A DNA stretch of 64,000 bases from Syntrophomonadaceae bacterium (lineage in GTDB: Bacteria; Bacillota; Dethiobacteria; DTU022), in assembly GCA_007119615.1 (NCBI GenBank), contig SKPH01000028.1:4134-68133 (forward strand), in the 5' to 3' direction. The translations under genes were made by a program, and so were the position numbers. This document shows, one piece after another, positions 19,764 to 30,127 of this stretch. The notes beneath the pieces were generated by a model. That model saw only the letters and a program-made list of their open reading frames with translations. It searched no databases and was not told the origin of the DNA. Each line of letters begins with the position of its first letter. Position 1 is the stretch's first letter.

Positions 19764-21772
19764 TTTAAGACCCCCAATGCGGCAATCTGCGGTAAGATCT
19801 GGCGATCACGGAAAGATTTCGGTTGAATCGAATCTGACAGGCAGGCGGCCGAACATGAGCCGCAGCCTTTGCAGAGGGCCTCATTGACCCTGGCAACTTC
19901 CACCTCGTGTCCGAAGCGGTTAACGGTAACCATTTCAATAGCCGTATAGGGGCAGATGCTGACACAGAAACTGCAGCCCCTGCAGGTTGCCTCATTTACC
20001 GATGCAACCTGGGCGCCGATGGTCACCTTGCCGCGGGCCAGCGGGATCATTGCCGACGAAGCGGCACCCTTGGCCTGGGCCACCGTATCGGGAATATCTT
20101 TCGGGCCCTGGCAGCATCCGGCCAGGAAAACACCCTCTGTAGCCGTATCGACAGGCCGCAGTTTCGGGTGCGCTTCCAGGAAGAAGCGATCGGGCGACTG
20201 CGACAGCCGCAGCAGATCCATAACCTCGCGCATATCAGCGCGAGGCTCCAGGCCAACCCCCAAAACTACCAGATCGACTTCGTCTTCCAGCGGCGTGGCT
20301 GTCAGGGTGTCTTCAACCTTGACTACAAGCTTGTCACCACGCTTAAAGATTTCGGATGGGTTTCCACGGATGTAGCGGACGTTTTCACGGCGGACCCGAT
20401 CGTAAAACTCTTCGAAGCCCTTGCCGAAGGCCCGGACATCCATGTAGTATACCCTGATGTTAGCATCAGGCATTTTATCCCTGAGCAAGTGAGCCTGCTT
20501 GGCCACATACATACAGCAAACCCTTGAGCAGTATTCGTTACCGACACTTTTATCCCGGGAGCCGACGCACTTTATAAAAGCAATCTCTTTCGGTTCGATT
20601 TCTTCTTTACCGTTAAAGATCTTCACTTTTCCGCCGGTCGGACCCGATGCGGAAACAAGCCTTTCCATCTCCATACCGGTGATCACGTTGGGATAGTCGG
20701 CATAGCCGTATTCAGGTTTGCGCGAAGCATCGAAAGTATCAAATCCGGTCGCCACGATAACCGCACCGACTTTAAATTCAACCATTTCATCCTGCTGCTC
20801 AAAATTGATTGCTTCAGCTCCGCAAACTTCCTGGCATTTGGGGTTTTTACCGCATTTGCCCTTGCTGAGGAAAAGGCAGTTTTCGGCGTCAATGGTATAC
20901 TTGGCCGGAACCGCCTGGGGGAAGGGCAAATATATTGCCGAGCGTTTACCCATACCCTGGTCGAATTCGCTTGGAAAACGATCCTTAACCCGGCATGCCG
21001 CGGCACAATCGCCGCAGCCGGTGCACTTGTCAAAATCTACATAACGTGCTTTTTTGCGCACTTTTACATCGAAATTGCCGATAAAACCGGTAATCTCCTC
21101 AACTTCAGAGTAGCTCAGCAGCTCAATATTGGGGTGGCTGGCACAGTCGACCATTTTCGGGGTCAGAATACAGGCTGAACAGTCGAGGGTCGGAAATGTT
21201 TTATCAAGCTGGGCCATACGTCCGCCCACTGAAGGAGTTTTCTCCACCAGATAAACCTTGAACCCGGCATCAGCAATATCAAGCGAAGCCTGAATCCCCG
21301 CAATACCCGCCCCGATTACCAGGGCGGCAGGTTCAGCGTCTACTTCTTTTGATTCAAGCGCCTCCAGCAGCCTTGCCTTGGCGACAGCTGCTCCAACAAG
21401 CTTTTTCGCCTTCGCTGTGCCCTCTTCAATTTCTTCATGGACCCAGGAGCATTGTTCCCGAATATTGGCCATCTCAAGGAAAAAGGGGTTCACGCCCGCT
21501 TCCTTGATTGCTTTCCTGAAAGTCGGCTCGTGCATACGCGGCGAGCAGGAAGCGACAACAACCCGGTTCAATCCCAGTTCCCTGATATCATTTTTAATCA
21601 GGACCTGTCCGGGATCGGAACACATGTACGAATAGGTCCGCGCCACTTCCACATTCGGCAGTTTTTGCGCATATTCTGAAACTGCATCCACATCTACTGT
21701 CGACGAAATATTAATTCCGCAGTGACAGACATAGACGCCTACTTTCGGTTTTTCCGTCATCTGGCTTTTCAT
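19760..21772 (-). CDS. hdrA: heterodisulfide reductase subunit A (HdrA-like FAD/Fe-S flavoprotein)
   Basis: N-terminal Cys cluster, GAGIAGIQASLDIADAG FAD motif, inserted and C-terminal 4Fe-4S ferredoxin motifs (CTGCGDCAAAC, CRGCSFCVSICP, CKGCGSCSAAC). No in-frame TGA. Confidence 0.85.
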   Translation of the reverse strand: MKSQMTEKPKVGVYVCHCGINISSTVDVDAVSEYAQKLPNVEVARTYSYMCSDPGQVLIKNDIRELGLNRVVVASCSPRMHEPTFRKAIKEAGVNPFFLEMANIREQCSWVHEEIEEGTAKAKKLVGAAVAKARLLEALESKEVDAEPAALVIGAGIAGIQASLDIADAGFKVYLVEKTPSVGGRMAQLDKTFPTLDCSACILTPKMVDCASHPNIELLSYSEVEEITGFIGNFDVKVRKKARYVDFDKCTGCGDCAAACRVKDRFPSEFDQGMGKRSAIYLPFPQAVPAKYTIDAENCLFLSKGKCGKNPKCQEVCGAEAINFEQQDEMVEFKVGAVIVATGFDTFDASRKPEYGYADYPNVITGMEMERLVSASGPTGGKVKIFNGKEEIEPKEIAFIKCVGSRDKSVGNEYCSRVCCMYVAKQAHLLRDKMPDANIRVYYMDVRAFGKGFEEFYDRVRRENVRYIRGNPSEIFKRGDKLVVKVEDTLTATPLEDEVDLVVLGVGLEPRADMREVMDLLRLSQSPDRFFLEAHPKLRPVDTATEGVFLAGCCQGPKDIPDTVAQAKGAASSAMIPLARGKVTIGAQVASVNEATCRGCSFCVSICPYTAIEMVTVNRFGHEVEVARVNEALCKGCGSCSAACLSDSIQPKSFRDRQILPQIAALGVLK

Positions 21773-21806
21773 CCTCCCGCGAAGATTGGCCCCGGTATTA
21801 AACCGA

Positions 21807-22781
21807 TTACCCTTTTAATTCTTTCAGTTTCTCGGCTAACTTGGGCACAACCTTGAACATGTCATCGACAATGGCATAGTCGGCTACTGTAAAAATCGGG
21901 GCTTCGGGATCTTTGTTGATCGCCACCACTGTCTTGGCCCCTTTCATTCCGGCAAGATGCTGGAAAGCGCCGGATATGCCCATAGCAATATAGAGTTTCG
22001 GCTTGACAGTCTTGCCGGAAGTACCGACCTGACGGTCATGAGGTATCCATCCGGCATCTGTCGCCGCCCTGGAACCGGCAACATCGGCCTTGATCGCAGC
22101 GGCCAGCTCTTCGATTACAGGCAGGTTTTTATCTTCTTTGAGTCCGCGGCCGATGGCAATCAATATATCGGACTGCGTAATATCGACATCGCCGACTTCG
22201 GCTTCAATATATTCAACAAACTTGCGGTACGGAATATCTTCCTTCAAGGGTGACTCAATTTTTTCCACATCCGCTCCTGCTGAGGACTCCGGCGCTTCAA
22301 CAGCGCCTTCCCTGAATGTAACCAGGTAGGTATCGGCAGGCTTGAAAGCTACAGTGGCATTAACCTTACCGGAATAAAGCTGGCGTGTCACTTTCAGAAC
22401 ATCACCTTCGTATTCGAGGCCAATAGCTTCAGTAACCAGAGGCATTTTTTTCTCAACAGCCAGGGCAGGCATAAAATCGACCCCCTGGGCAGTGTGCCCG
22501 GTCATCAACAGGGCAGGTTTAAGATCATCGATCAGCGCCGACAATACTTTCTGATATTTTTCGGCATTGAAGTTTTCGAATAAGGGATCGTCAACCACCA
22601 TAACTTTAACCCCGTATCCGGCAATCTTTTTAGCCATTTCATCCATCCCGCTGCCAATTAACAGCACAACGGCTTCGCCGCCCATATTTCCGGCAAGCCC
22701 GGGGGCTACAGCCAGCATTTCGAACGAAATATCTCTTAGCGCACCCTGGCGGTGTTCGGCTAAAACTAAAACGTTACCCAT
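21807..22781 (-). CDS. etfA: electron transfer flavoprotein alpha subunit
   Basis: EtfA domains I-III with FAD-binding C-terminus ([19 protein letters not shown]). 34-nt gap to hdrA containing only a GGGAGG RBS and no terminator. Confidence 0.85.
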   Translation of the reverse strand: MGNVLVLAEHRQGALRDISFEMLAVAPGLAGNMGGEAVVLLIGSGMDEMAKKIAGYGVKVMVVDDPLFENFNAEKYQKVLSALIDDLKPALLMTGHTAQGVDFMPALAVEKKMPLVTEAIGLEYEGDVLKVTRQLYSGKVNATVAFKPADTYLVTFREGAVEAPESSAGADVEKIESPLKEDIPYRKFVEYIEAEVGDVDITQSDILIAIGRGLKEDKNLPVIEELAAAIKADVAGSRAATDAGWIPHDRQVGTSGKTVKPKLYIAMGISGAFQHLAGMKGAKTVVAINKDPEAPIFTVADYAIVDDMFKVVPKLAEKLKELKG

Positions 22782-23569
22782 TATACCAAGCCTCCCTTAA
22801 CCAATATGGATGCCAGTTTTTCTGCTTTTTCTTCCGGTTCACCCTCAAGGAATTCAGCGGTTGATTCCACTTCGGGAATATAAAGTTTTTCTATGACAAC
22901 CTGGGATGCATCGGATCCGACTGAATCCGGATCAACACCGATATCATCGAGGCTGACAACTTTTAATTCTTTTTTCTGTGCCTGGCGGATACCACGAATC
23001 GGTGCATAACGGGGTTCATTAATCCCGGTCTGGATGGTCAGGACAGCGGGCAGTTCAACTTCAACTGATTCCAGCATCCCGCCTTCAAGTTCGCGATGAA
23101 CCGTGACTTTACCGTCGCCAACTTCCACTTTCTTGACCATCGTAGCATGGTTGACTCCCAGTTCTTCAGCCAGGGCCGCGCCGGTGGCCATATGCCCGTC
23201 ATCAACAGCCACACAGCCGGTCATGATCAGATCAAACTCGTGGCCCTTGATTGCTCCGGCCAGTGTTTTCGCCACCATCAGCGGATCATGGCCTGCAATG
23301 CGATCATCCTCCACCCGGACCGCCTGATCGCAACCCTTGGCCATGGCCATACGGATCATTACATCAGACTTTTTCGGCCCGATCGAAAAGACGGTAACCT
23401 CTCCGCCCTGCGCTTCCTTAATCAATACCGATTCTTCAACTGCATAGTTGTCGGAATCGTTGATATCGAAGGAAAAACGACTGTCATCGACCGATATGCC
23501 GTCCGGATTCACCTTGACTTCCGCTTCGGAAGTGTCGGGCACATACTTGATACAAACCAGGGTTTTCAT
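22781..23569 (-). CDS. etfB: electron transfer flavoprotein beta subunit
   Basis: MKTLVCIKYVPD start is typical of EtfB. 1-nt overlap with etfA. Confidence 0.85.
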   Translation of the reverse strand: MKTLVCIKYVPDTSEAEVKVNPDGISVDDSRFSFDINDSDNYAVEESVLIKEAQGGEVTVFSIGPKKSDVMIRMAMAKGCDQAVRVEDDRIAGHDPLMVAKTLAGAIKGHEFDLIMTGCVAVDDGHMATGAALAEELGVNHATMVKKVEVGDGKVTVHRELEGGMLESVEVELPAVLTIQTGINEPRYAPIRGIRQAQKKELKVVSLDDIGVDPDSVGSDASQVVIEKLYIPEVESTAEFLEGEPEEKAEKLASILVKGGLV

Positions 23570-23604
23570 TCGTTCTTTCCACCTCCTGCTAAATTATAAA
23601 ATGC

Positions 23605-24741
23605 TTAAGCTTCAATATGCTCACCCAGAAGCTCCATGATTTCCGCTACGCGCATCTCTTCTTCAAAGCCGAGCCCTTTCATTGAATCTTCCAGGGTCAT
23701 AACGCAGAAAGGACAGGCGACGGCGACAATATCGGCCTGCAAATCTTTTGCATCTTTAATCCGCGTGTCGGCCAGCCGCTCCTTCTTCGATTCAGACTCC
23801 ACCCACATCTTACCGCCGCCTCCTTCACAGCATAGGCTGCGTTCGCGGCTTCGGTCAAACTCAACCACTTCCACTCCGGGAATACTTTTCAATAATTCCC
23901 GGGGCTCGTCGTAGACATCTCCCTGTTTGCCAAGGTAGCATGGATCGTGGTAAACAATCCTCTTTTGTAAATCGCCTTTCCAGGTTAGCTTGCCTTCGTG
24001 AAGCAGTTCAACCAGGAGCTGAGTATAGTGAAGAATCGGAGTCTTGAGATCAGGATAGTGAGTTTTGTAGGTGGTAAAACAGTGCGGTGAAAGGGTTACA
24101 ATTCGCTTTGCGGAATATTCATTTAAATACTCCGTATTGTCTTCAACCAGCATTTCAAACAGCCCTTCCTCGCCCAGGGTGAAAACTTCACTGCCGCAGC
24201 AGCTCTCTTCCTCGGGCAAAAAGGCGTAGTCAATGCCGGCCTTGTTTAACAGCCTGACCATATTTTTAGCAATAGCCTGGACCCGTGGGTCGTATGCAAT
24301 CGTGCAGCAGACAAAAAAGAGGTTCTCTACCTCAACCCCGGGTTCGGCAATCTTTACATCAAGTCCTTCCATCCAATCCGAACGGGCCGCCCTGGATTTC
24401 TCCCAGGGGTTTCCTTCGAGGAGAACACTCTGCAGAGCATCGCGCACGGTTGGTTCGACCTTGCCGCTTTCGACTATCATGGAGCGGAGTCCGATTAAAA
24501 CCTCCAGCGGCTTTAAGCCCTTGGGACAGCGTACGGCACAGGTGTGGCAGGCTGTACAATCCCAAATTTCGGCCAGCCTGGCCAACTCGTCAAGCTTTTC
24601 TTCGTTGTAGGCATCGTAAACGAATTGGCGTACATTCAGATTAGCCCGCACAGTAACCGGGCAACCGCCGGTACAACGACCACATTGGATGCAACCAAGC
24701 AGATCATACTTTTCGGTAAAGGTCTGGATTTCGGTACTCAT
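23605..24741 (-). CDS. soluble HdrD/GlcF-like Fe-S oxidoreductase (N-terminal 2x[4Fe-4S], two CCG domains = HdrC+HdrB fusion)
   Basis: CIQCGRCTGGCP and CTACHTCAVRCP motifs. Two CCG-type Cys-rich domains (CCGSE..., CCEGGGG). No TM helix. Start at MSTEIQ has a GGGGT RBS; the ORF track start is 24759. Confidence 0.75.
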   Translation of the reverse strand: MSTEIQTFTEKYDLLGCIQCGRCTGGCPVTVRANLNVRQFVYDAYNEEKLDELARLAEIWDCTACHTCAVRCPKGLKPLEVLIGLRSMIVESGKVEPTVRDALQSVLLEGNPWEKSRAARSDWMEGLDVKIAEPGVEVENLFFVCCTIAYDPRVQAIAKNMVRLLNKAGIDYAFLPEEESCCGSEVFTLGEEGLFEMLVEDNTEYLNEYSAKRIVTLSPHCFTTYKTHYPDLKTPILHYTQLLVELLHEGKLTWKGDLQKRIVYHDPCYLGKQGDVYDEPRELLKSIPGVEVVEFDRSRERSLCCEGGGGKMWVESESKKERLADTRIKDAKDLQADIVAVACPFCVMTLEDSMKGLGFEEEMRVAEIMELLGEHIEA

Positions 24742-25010
24742 CAGCATACCCCGCATCATTTAGTGATTATTTAACTTCCAGGCTCCCGGCAAACCCAATC
24801 ACTTTCGCCGGATAAAAATTCAAAATAGATCCCCGCAGGCGCCACCTCCCGGTTCTTTGATGATAATTATCAGACAATTGCGATATATATAGCCTATCTT
24901 AGTAAATTTCGACATTTCCTTTAATTCTTCCTGCCTGAATTTTTAAATTCATAAATATTTAACATAATCAACTATTAACTTAATAAATTGATTGACGGTC
25001 CGGTTAAAAC

Positions 25011-26060
25011 TCAAGCTATAACGATTCTGCCGGCCGGTCCCTCTGTGATACGGCCGATAGTCTGACCGCTTACTCCGTTTTCCTGCAGCACAGTTAAATA
25101 TTGTTTATGCCTGTCCGGGGGAACAGCAACCAGCAGCCCGCCCGAGGTTTGCGGATCAGACAAAATGATCAGAGCGTCATCTTTCTTTTCGGGTTCGCCA
25201 CTCCAGGTTATATACGGCCTCATATAATCGAGGTTGCGGTAAGCCCCCCCGGGGATCATGCCCATTGCTGCCATCTCTTCAACAGCAGGATACAGGGGCA
25301 CTTTTTGATAATCTATTTCGGCAGCGCTTATGCTGGAAAGCAGCATTTCATAAAGATGACCCAGCAAACTAAATCCGGTTACATCGGTACAGGCCGATAC
25401 ACCGACCCTGATCATCGATTCGGAAGCCGCGGCACTGAGCGCTTTCATGCCGTTGATTACCTCTTCGGCATCTTTTTCCGTAATTATTTCACCTTTAAGT
25501 GCGGTAGCGATAATTCCCGTTCCGATCGGCTTGGTCAAAACGAGAAGGTCATCCGGGTTTGCGCCTTCGGAGGTAACCATCTTGTCGATGTCGACCACAC
25601 CGGTAACTGAAAGCCCGTACTTGGGTTCCGGGTCTTCAACACTGTGACCACCAACCAGGGCCGCTCCGGCTTCGATAATTTTGTCGCAGCCGCCACGTAA
25701 AATTGACTCCATCACTTCAAGCGGCTGGCACGATACCGGGAAACAGATAATATTTAAGGCGGTAAGCGGTTTTCCACCCATGGCGTAAACATCACTAAAC
25801 GCATTGGCCGCAGCGATTTGGCCGAACGTGTAAGGGTCGTCAACAATGGGCGTGAAGAAGTCCACCGTCTGAACCAGAGCCTGGTTTTCCGATATACGGT
25901 AAATACCGGCATCGGAAAAGTGCTGTTCGCGGTTCAAATAGTCCGGATCGTCTGTAGCGGGCAAATGGCGCAGAACCTGCGCCAGGGCCTCGGGCCCGAT
26001 TTTAGCCGCTCAGCCGGCACTCGTAGTCATGGCAGTCAGACGTATCTCATCAAAACTCAT
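25011..26060 (-). CDS. selD: selenide, water dikinase (selenophosphate synthetase), selenoprotein with in-frame UGA (Sec) at 26010..26012
   Basis: The ORF track stops at TTG 25964. Reading upstream through TGA gives MSFDEIRLTAMTTSAG-U-AAKIGPEALAQVL, homologous to the E. coli SelD N-terminus (Cys17 position). ATG 26058-26060 has a GGAAGGTGA RBS. Confidence 0.85.
25967..25997 (-). promoter_or_regulatory. putative bacterial SECIS element (two adjacent hairpins 13-45 nt 3' of the UGA)
   Basis: Minus strand after UGA: gcggcuaaaaucGGGCCcgaGGCCCu-GGCGCAGguuCUGCGCC. Confidence 0.55.
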
Positions 26061-26064
26061 CGGC

Positions 26065-27993
26065 TCACCTTCCTTTCCTCTGCCGCTCAAGTTTCAATGC
26101 CACCCGGTGATCTTCAACCCGCCTGGTCATCCTGGCCTGGTCAAAATGCTCAAGCAGGGCCTGGGCGAACTTTCGGGAGCTCCCGGTGATATCCCTGAAC
26201 TGGGCCAGGGTCAGGGTTTCGTTTTCGGCAAAGTGCCCCCTCAGCAGGTTTAAAGCTTCATCGTAGGCATCGCTGTGAAAGTAGAGCTCTTCAGTTATTT
26301 TGATCAGACTTTCTTGCGCCAGAAGGTAATTTATAAGTTCATCCCTGCGCCCCGGATCTGCTCCCGCTTTTTCCAGGGCATTTTTTACCGCGGGAGGCTG
26401 GAACCAACCCGACCGGTAAATTTCAGCTAAACTGTCAAGCCGCTTTTTATCTTCGGACGATGGCTCGGGCTTAAAATGATAAAGCGACACCAGGTCGCCT
26501 TTTGATACAGCGAGCTTTCTTTCCCGGAGGCTGCCCAGCAGGGCATCGTAATCGCGCTGACTGAATGCGGAAGGTAAAAACCCTTTTAACTGGGCCCGTG
26601 AAATTCCCGGCGATAGTGGATATTTTTTATGATATTTATCCAGTTGGGCCAGTAAACCTGCTTCATATTCCTTCAGAACCGTGGTAATAATAAATGCGTT
26701 TCCCATCTTTTGCACCAGCCCCTGTGATGCAAGTTCCCCAAGGATTGAATTTACTTTTCCCCGGTCCAGGCGGGTTTCCCCGGCCAGCAGGTCACTGTCG
26801 GCTGCAACGAGTTCTTCCAGTTTGCGTCTCACGAAAGCGGAATCCCCTCCCTCGGTCGGCGCCTGTCTTAATTCATTTAAGCGTTCAATAACCTCGGTCC
26901 GAAAACGTCGATGCCTATGGGGATAGGGGTCGAGTACCAGCCCACCGCCAATAGTAGTCATCGGCGAATAGGATCGGATTACAAACGGATCGCCGCGTTC
27001 GGCAACTACGGGGCGCTCTAAACGACACTGCACAAGGGCGCTATCTCCGGGGCGCAGCTCTTCGCTGTCGAGCAGTAAAAGCCGGCCCACGGTACGGGCC
27101 GTGCCCAAAAAAAAGTGGACCGGGTCTAGATTCTTAAGGCGACGCGGAGCCCGCTCCAGGAGCTGAACTGAAACATCAATTAGATCGGTCTGGCGATAGT
27201 AGCCAGGATTGCTGATCACGCTGCCTCTTATAATCCGATCTTTTTCCAACCCTGACAGGTTCAGGGCAACCCTGGCACCCGCTTTTACTTCCCTGACATC
27301 CGCATCATGAACCTGGATGTTGCGCACCCTTGCTTCAGCGCCGGGGGGAACAACCGATACTGTGTCGCCGACGCGAACAGAACCCTGAATCAGGGTCCCT
27401 GTTACCACGGTTCCAAAACCGGCAATAACGAAAGAACGGTCTACAGGCAGGCGAAGGGGTCCGGAAGCATTGCGCGGCTCCAGGTCGGCAGTCATAGAAT
27501 CGATCAACTCTTTGAGCTCTTCTATCCCCTGTCCCTGAATGGCTGATACGGAGTGAACCGGCGCACCTTCCAAAAATGTTCCCTGCAGCTCTTCTGCTAT
27601 TTGCTCCCGGACCAGCTCCCGCCATTCTTCTTCAACCAGATCGATCTTGGTAATAACAACAAGGCCTTTTTGAGTTCCGAGCAGCTCCAGGATGTCGAGA
27701 TGTTCCCTGGTCTGAGGCATTACTCCCTCGACAGCATCGACAACCAGCATTACCAGGTCCATACCGGCCGCACCGGCAAGCATATTGTGTATAAATCGCT
27801 CGTGACCGGGCACATCGATAACTCCCGCCAATCTTCCGCCCGGTAGCCGGAAAGGGGCAAAACCGAGGTCGATTGAAATGCCTCGTTCTTTTTCTTCCTG
27901 AAGCCGATCGGTGTCAATGCCGGTTAGCGCCTTAATCAGCACTGTTTTGCCGTGGTCAACATGGCCGGCTGTGCCTATTATTAACTGCTCCAA
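26065..27993 (-). CDS. selB: selenocysteine-specific translation elongation factor
   Basis: [14 protein letters not shown]-domain plus C-terminal winged-helix region. TTG start with AAGGAGTG RBS; the ORF track start 28035 is over-extended. Confidence 0.85.
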   Translation of the reverse strand: MEQLIIGTAGHVDHGKTVLIKALTGIDTDRLQEEKERGISIDLGFAPFRLPGGRLAGVIDVPGHERFIHNMLAGAAGMDLVMLVVDAVEGVMPQTREHLDILELLGTQKGLVVITKIDLVEEEWRELVREQIAEELQGTFLEGAPVHSVSAIQGQGIEELKELIDSMTADLEPRNASGPLRLPVDRSFVIAGFGTVVTGTLIQGSVRVGDTVSVVPPGAEARVRNIQVHDADVREVKAGARVALNLSGLEKDRIIRGSVISNPGYYRQTDLIDVSVQLLERAPRRLKNLDPVHFFLGTARTVGRLLLLDSEELRPGDSALVQCRLERPVVAERGDPFVIRSYSPMTTIGGGLVLDPYPHRHRRFRTEVIERLNELRQAPTEGGDSAFVRRKLEELVAADSDLLAGETRLDRGKVNSILGELASQGLVQKMGNAFIITTVLKEYEAGLLAQLDKYHKKYPLSPGISRAQLKGFLPSAFSQRDYDALLGSLRERKLAVSKGDLVSLYHFKPEPSSEDKKRLDSLAEIYRSGWFQPPAVKNALEKAGADPGRRDELINYLLAQESLIKITEELYFHSDAYDEALNLLRGHFAENETLTLAQFRDITGSSRKFAQALLEHFDQARMTRRVEDHRVALKLERQRKGR

Positions 27994-28015
27994 GTTGCTG
28001 CCACTCCTTGTGTCG

Positions 28016-29449
28016 CTAGTTCCCGTCAGTTTCAAAAGCGATGCGTACTGCCTCGATCAAAGCATTTTCCTGGTCTTCGAAGATGGTTCGCGGATCAAAA
28101 AACAGGGTATCCTGATGGAGACGCAAGATTACAGGGGGATCGCCACGGCGTAGTTTCTCAACCAGTTCAGCAGGATGTATGCCACCCCCTGAAAGCTTTA
28201 CCGCCGCCAGGTAAGTGGGCAGCTCCGCCATGGGCAGGGCCCCGCCTCCTACCCTGGATATACCTTCTGCTACAAATACGTTATCCGTTCCGAATATTCC
28301 GGAGAGGCCTCCGGCAAGCGCCCGGGCGCGCTTGTTAAGGGTCTCTTTATCAGCGGTAAGCATCCGCCAGACCGGTATCTCTTTTATTGCGGTTTCCTCC
28401 TCGAGGTAGAGGCGCAGGGTTGCCTCAAGGGCGGCAATTGAAAATTTATCGACGCGCAGGGTCCTGGCCAGCTGGTTGGCGCGGATATATGATATCAGGT
28501 CTTTGCGTCCGACAATTATTCCGGCCTGAGGGCCGCCTAGCATTTTATCCCCGCTAAAGGTAACCAGATCGGCTCCGGAGGCGATACTGTCCTGAACCCG
28601 GGGCTCCGCAGGGAGGTTATATTTATTAAGATCGATAAATACACCGCTGCCAAGATCTTCAATTAGAAGCAGGCTGTATTTATGGGCCAGGGTAGAAAGA
28701 TCTTCTGTATCTACCGCTGCTGTAAAACCGATCATATGGTAATTACTGGTATGGACCTTAAGCAAGGCAGCGGTATTTTCATTCACCGCTGCTTCATAAT
28801 CGCGGAGGTATGTTTTGTTGGTTGTTCCGACCTCTACCATTGAAGCGCCGCTGGCGGCCATAATCTCAGGGATGCGAAATGATCCGCCAATTTCGACAAG
28901 CTGGCCCCTCGATACAACCACTTCCCTGCCTGAGGCTGTTGCATTCAGGGCAAGAAACACCGCTGCTGCATTGTTATTCAAAACAACGGCCGCCTCGGCT
29001 CCGCTCAATTCACAAAGAAGCTCTTCAAGGTGTTCCTGGCGTGAACCGCGGTTGCCGCTTTCCAGGGAAAGCTCGAGATTGTTGTAATTTTCCGCTATGG
29101 ATGTCATGGCCTTAACCGCCGCTTCGGGAAGCGGAGCTCGTCCAAGGTTGGTGTGGATGATAATTCCCGTAGCGTTGATCAGAGCTCTCAGGTTTGATCC
29201 GGCTTTTTTTTCTGCCATCGCAGCGGCCTCCAGGGCCAGCCCGGCAGGGGAGAGATCAATTCTCCCGGCTGCATCTTCTGCACCGACTTGATCTGTCAAC
29301 CGGCGGCGGTAAGAATCTATTGTTTCCTGGGCCGAATGCAGGACCACACGGCGAGGTAACCGCTGCAGGAGTTCCTCCAGCACCGGCTCTCGGAGCAGCC
29401 GATCAACCGCCGGCAATTCACGAAGCAGCGACTGATACTTGCCCACCAT
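28016..29449 (-). CDS. selA: L-seryl-tRNA(Sec) selenium transferase
   Basis: Full-length SelA-like (PLP fold, ...[15 protein letters not shown]...). Confidence 0.85.
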   Translation of the reverse strand: MVGKYQSLLRELPAVDRLLREPVLEELLQRLPRRVVLHSAQETIDSYRRRLTDQVGAEDAAGRIDLSPAGLALEAAAMAEKKAGSNLRALINATGIIIHTNLGRAPLPEAAVKAMTSIAENYNNLELSLESGNRGSRQEHLEELLCELSGAEAAVVLNNNAAAVFLALNATASGREVVVSRGQLVEIGGSFRIPEIMAASGASMVEVGTTNKTYLRDYEAAVNENTAALLKVHTSNYHMIGFTAAVDTEDLSTLAHKYSLLLIEDLGSGVFIDLNKYNLPAEPRVQDSIASGADLVTFSGDKMLGGPQAGIIVGRKDLISYIRANQLARTLRVDKFSIAALEATLRLYLEEETAIKEIPVWRMLTADKETLNKRARALAGGLSGIFGTDNVFVAEGISRVGGGALPMAELPTYLAAVKLSGGGIHPAELVEKLRRGDPPVILRLHQDTLFFDPRTIFEDQENALIEAVRIAFETDGN

Positions 29450-29535
29450 CGTTAACCCCTTTTCACAGTAAGCCTGTTTAAAATGAATTTATTATGTTAA
29501 TTATACCAATACTAAAAGCCCCTTGGCAACTAAAG

Positions 29536-30099
29536 TCAGTCCTGTTTTTTTTTGGTGTAACCGATGGAACGGTCCAGCGGTTTTGTCCCCAGGTAGCTTC
29601 CAGCGCAGAATCCGAGCAGGCTGATCCGGTTAAAATCGATTTTCCCCTGGTCATCAATTGCATCCGGCGAGACATATGTGGACACCACCCGGCCTAAAAA
29701 TAGTGTATGGCTACCCAGTTCCAGGGTCTTTTCTACTTTACATTCCAAGCTGACCGGGCACTCATCAATCAGCGGCGCATGCTCCAGGGTGCCCCTGACT
29801 GCAGTGAGGTTAAAATGCTCAAACTTATCGAGATCCCGGCCGCTCAAAGTGCCGCAGCCGTCGCTTAGATCAACCTGGTCTGCCCTGGGCAGGTTAACCG
29901 AGAATTCTCCTGTGTCCCGGATTATATCGTGAGAATGGCGGTTGGGGCGAACTGCGGCTGAAATCATCGGCGGTGATGAATTCACCACACCGACCCAGGC
30001 CAGGGTGATAATATTGTTTTCTTTTTTGTTGCCGCAGGCAATCAGGGCCGGAGGAATCGGGCCGAGCAAGATCTGGGTGGACTGCTTTTTCTTGATCAT
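29536..30099 (-). CDS. flavin reductase-like domain protein
   Basis: Flavin_Reduct-type sequence (ITLAWVGVVNSSPPMISAAV...). Start at MIKKKQ has an AGAGGAGTG RBS. Confidence 0.65.
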   Translation of the reverse strand: MIKKKQSTQILLGPIPPALIACGNKKENNIITLAWVGVVNSSPPMISAAVRPNRHSHDIIRDTGEFSVNLPRADQVDLSDGCGTLSGRDLDKFEHFNLTAVRGTLEHAPLIDECPVSLECKVEKTLELGSHTLFLGRVVSTYVSPDAIDDQGKIDFNRISLLGFCAGSYLGTKPLDRSIGYTKKKQD

Positions 30100-30127
30100 T
30101 TGGGATACACTCCTCTGTTTCCTTTTT

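Noticed and set aside
24760-25010. Rex operator (TTGTGAAnnnnTTCACAA) upstream of the etf/hdr/flx operon.
   Set aside because: No GTGAA/TTCAC half-sites are present. Only the TGAATTTttAAATTCA palindrome reported above was found.
29450-29535. Looked for tRNA-Sec (selC) or any tRNA adjacent to selA, and in all intergenic regions.
   Set aside because: No GTTC(G/A)A(A/T)TC T-loop, and no acceptor or CCA-like architecture was found in any intergenic segment. selC must lie outside the window.
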